The notes under the pieces are model-generated. The model was not told the origin of the DNA, made no database searches, and saw only the letters and a program-made list of their open reading frames with translations. Below are positions 61,026-64,000 of a stretch of DNA of 64,000 nucleotides, piece by piece; position 1 is the first letter of the stretch; every line of letters begins with the position of its first letter. Source of the stretch: Perna viridis (lineage: Eukaryota); the NCBI GenBank assembly GCA_037379345.1, contig CM074512.1, positions 15,438,001 through 15,502,000 on the forward strand, given 5' to 3'. A program made the position numbers and the translations under genes.

Positions 61026-61619
61026 GAGGAAATTCGGACTATTAATGTATTATTATTAATGTAATAATGAGTATGTGCCAATAAAATATAATACAGTAGA
61101 CATTATAAATACAAAAAAAACAAAGGTCAATATTGAGATCAATAAAACAGCTACAGCCTACATATATCAATATATATACTGTAGTCACTAGATGATCCTC
61201 ACTCGACTACGCTCGAAAATCAAAATACGTCAGGATGGTGCTGTCTAAAGGGGAGATAAATCTAAATAAAAAATGAAGGTGTGCCTATAAGGGGAAGCGC
61301 ACAATTCGAATATCGGAGTTTTATTGGGGGGGACTAGAAAAACTTTCAAACAGGGACTTTATATTAAATATTCAATACACACTCTATGTTTAAATCCAGA
61401 CTTTTTAAGGACATTCAAGAACACACAAGTTTAATAATCCTATATCCTGTGATATACTTGGTTATGATGAAACTATAAAGTGGTCCCAATATTAGTAACG
61501 GACATGCATCCATGGGCGGTTGTGATTCACACTTGGGCAATTTCAGTGAAAAAAAAAAAAGAAAAGATATGGCGAAACGCAAAAAAAAATGCGCTTGCAA
61601 ATACTTTCAGGGATCACTA

Positions 61620-62300
61620 AAGGTTCAAAGAATAGACAATAGTTTAAAAATCGAATCTTTTACGAATGAATCTATTAAGGTTGTTTGATAAACCCATCGG
61701 TTTTTTTGTTTGAAAGAATACTTCATGTAGACTATATTTCCGTAATTTTCTGCATTACCAATACCACTTTCGATTAAGAACCTGCAAGTGCTATCATATT
61801 TTTGTATCAAGGTTTTGTATTGGTGAAAAAAGGTAAATGTTTTAAATAATTGTGATATCGATACCCGTAGTAGAAAATCTTTTCTGTGAGGCATGTGTTA
61901 CTTTCAATAAAATTTTACACTTTATTACAAATACGAGCAAAACGGACCAGTTGTGTAAGATGCTTTTTCGATTGTTCACGGTAATCAATAATATTTGAAT
62001 GTTAAAATAATATCTAAAATTAATATACCAATTTACTGTACAAGATTAGAAACCTTTAAACTTTTAAAGCTTGTTACTAACAATTTCTTTGATTGAATGG
62101 CGATATACCAATAAAATGTTTTAGATAGGGTATATGATTGGTCTTCCTCGATCTGATAAATACATGGCCAGTACCCGATGAAATGCCTTAAATAGTTAAG
62201 TAGTTAACTGCATGGGGATAGCATTGGTTTTCCTTTAATTGAATGGTTATTACCCGCCTCCAAAAAAAAGTTTGACATAAAGCTAATTGCAACGGAAGAC
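61620..62300 (-). pseudogene. Second, more decayed Penelope-like RT fragment
   Basis: TQLVRFARICNKV*NFIESNTCLTEKIFYYGYRYH then FKTFTFFHQYKTLIQKY...GIGNAENYGNIVY; boundaries approximate. Confidence 0.75.
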
Positions 62301-63082
62301 ATTTTGAATGCAATTTGCTGGAAAGTACTAAATCACATGAGAAAAAAACCAACAAAATTGAAAAAAATTACAACAACGTACACTGAGATTCATATATGAT
62401 GACTAAGACAGCTCATACACTGCTCTGCTCGAAAAATTTAAAATACAATCACAATAAAAAAAAATACGAAAAGATCGAGAACCATGGCATTAAATACCTT
62501 TTAAAATACTCAGCAACAATGGTCCAAAATTTCTGCACGATTTGGTTAATTTTAAGAATGTTCCTATAATTTTAGGAAAGGCATAGCTGAAATTCCACGT
62601 CTGAGAACAACAAAGAATGGTAAAAGAAGTTTTAGGTACGAGGCAGCAAAAATCTGAAACTCCTTACCAAACGAGGCATGCACGGAGTTTATCTACTTTC
62701 GGACATTTTTTTTAAAAATCGTATCTACTTCGTGTTGTTCTGAAAGTGCTATTGCTTTGCCTGCCGATATTCTTAGTGTTTGCTGTCAAGTGGTCATTCT
62801 CTCAAATCTCCTTCTATGTTTGCTTTTCATTTTGTTTGCTGCCTTTTATTTGTTAGTATTGCTTTAATTTTTGAACTGCTTTCTTTAGTTCTTATTCTTG
62901 TGCTGCTATTTATATAATTGTTTTTGCTAGATATGTTCTATTAGTAACTAATATACTAGTGTTTTTTGTGTATGTCTTGTGCATTTTATATGCATGTGCT
63001 TGTTTTATTTTTTACTTTTATTTTATTTTTTTTGGTTGTTGTTTTAAAATATGCATAGTCGGTTTCAAGAACTATACAGAGC

Positions 63083-63249
63083 CAGGCGCGGATCCAAGGA
63101 CTGGCGTACCGGGCGTACGATCCCCCTAAATCGGTAAGAAAAAAAAGTTCACCACAAGTTTCACCCCATAACATGTTTTGCCTTGCTTTGCACGGCATTT
63201 AATTCTATTTACCCCCCTCCCCCCAACTCAAATCCTGGATCCGCCCCTG
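63083..63249. mobile_element. Short hAT-like MITE with 5-bp TSD
   Basis: TIR CAGGCGCGGATCCA / TGGATCCGCCCCTG (13/14); AGAGC duplicated at 63078-63082 and 63250-63254; 167 bp. Confidence 0.88.
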
Positions 63250-64000
63250 AGAGCTCACGTTACTCATGTTATACTGTTTACATTTATATTTTATGCCGAC
63301 TCTAAATGAAAATACTTGCTTACTTACTAAATGTACACAGAAAAAATCCACATGAAGTACTCAACGAATACATCTAGACTTACCCTTAATAGAAAATTAT
63401 TGGCCAGATCAAATGGTCGATACTAATTGTGTGGGGGATCACAATTGTTTAATGCCTATCATTGTGTATAAAGAAGTTAGTTATGCGGAGATTACTGACC
63501 ATGAGTACTTAAGCACTTTGCTTCCGTAAGAGGAAGTATGGTACGCCAAAGAAGATACTAACATAAAAAGCAAAATTGTATAAATATTGATTTTCAGTGA
63601 TTTTTTTTAGAATTCAGTTGTTACAGAATTGCATATGGAATAAAACAAAATGCATTGAACTTAAATAAACAAAAAGGCAATGACTAGTGTGTCATACAGT
63701 CAGATCTCAGCACAACAAAAGCAGTTACACTCAGTTTATTTTAAAATCATCACAGATCAGTAGATATACATTTATTAGTTTGGACTAAGCGTTCTTGTTC
63801 ACGTCTTTTTACCCCATGTAACAAAAAACAAGAGTACTTATTATGCCAATGTATGGAGGACATGACCACAGTCATTGTTAAAATTTACTCATTTTAGTAA
63901 GACGGCCTCGCGGATAAATATAATCAATACTAGAATTTATTTTAAATAACTACTTAATCTAGTATGTTTATAAAATATCTTTATTAAAACAGTGATTGGG

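Noticed and set aside
63356-63530. Short + strand frame with CVGDHNCL, resembling the OTU GDGNCL motif
   Set aside because: Under 60 codons, bounded by stops, no further motifs or clear splice context.
56651-64000. CLASRP non-coding first exon and promoter
   Set aside because: Required by the acceptor at 56651, but candidate donors (~60760, ~63383) cannot be told apart from sequence alone; it may lie outside the window.

Overview
AT-rich animal genomic DNA, most likely a bivalve mollusc (Mytilus-like; inferred from the repeat families and intron style). Two protein-coding genes face each other tail-to-tail. On the + strand is the large final coding exon of a BCL11A/B (CTIP)-family C2H2 zinc-finger gene (6785-9102), preceded by a repeat-poor intron rich in GGTCA motifs and followed by a probable ~2.85 kb 3'UTR. 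On the - strand is a complete CLASRP (CLK4-associating SR protein) coding sequence, assembled by hand as 18 phase-consistent GT-AG exons (56636 to 32732; 1827 nt, 608 aa). The intergenic region and CLASRP introns hold layered mobile DNA. (1) A young composite DNA transposon with two ~468-bp direct terminal repeats, each with its own short TIRs, and a TATA target duplication (KolobokP-like). (2) A decayed LINE in which 77 bp of ORF2 became a ~22-copy satellite that was later hit by a SINE. (3) Two SINE-like copies whose 5' end folds as a pseudoknot rather than a tRNA. (4) tRNA-derived SINEs, Helentron/HINE-type elements, TA-flanked MITEs (one splitting a Penelope RT at its catalytic motif) and hAT-like MITEs with 5- and 6-bp TSDs. 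All coordinates and counts were made by eye; no database searches were run.
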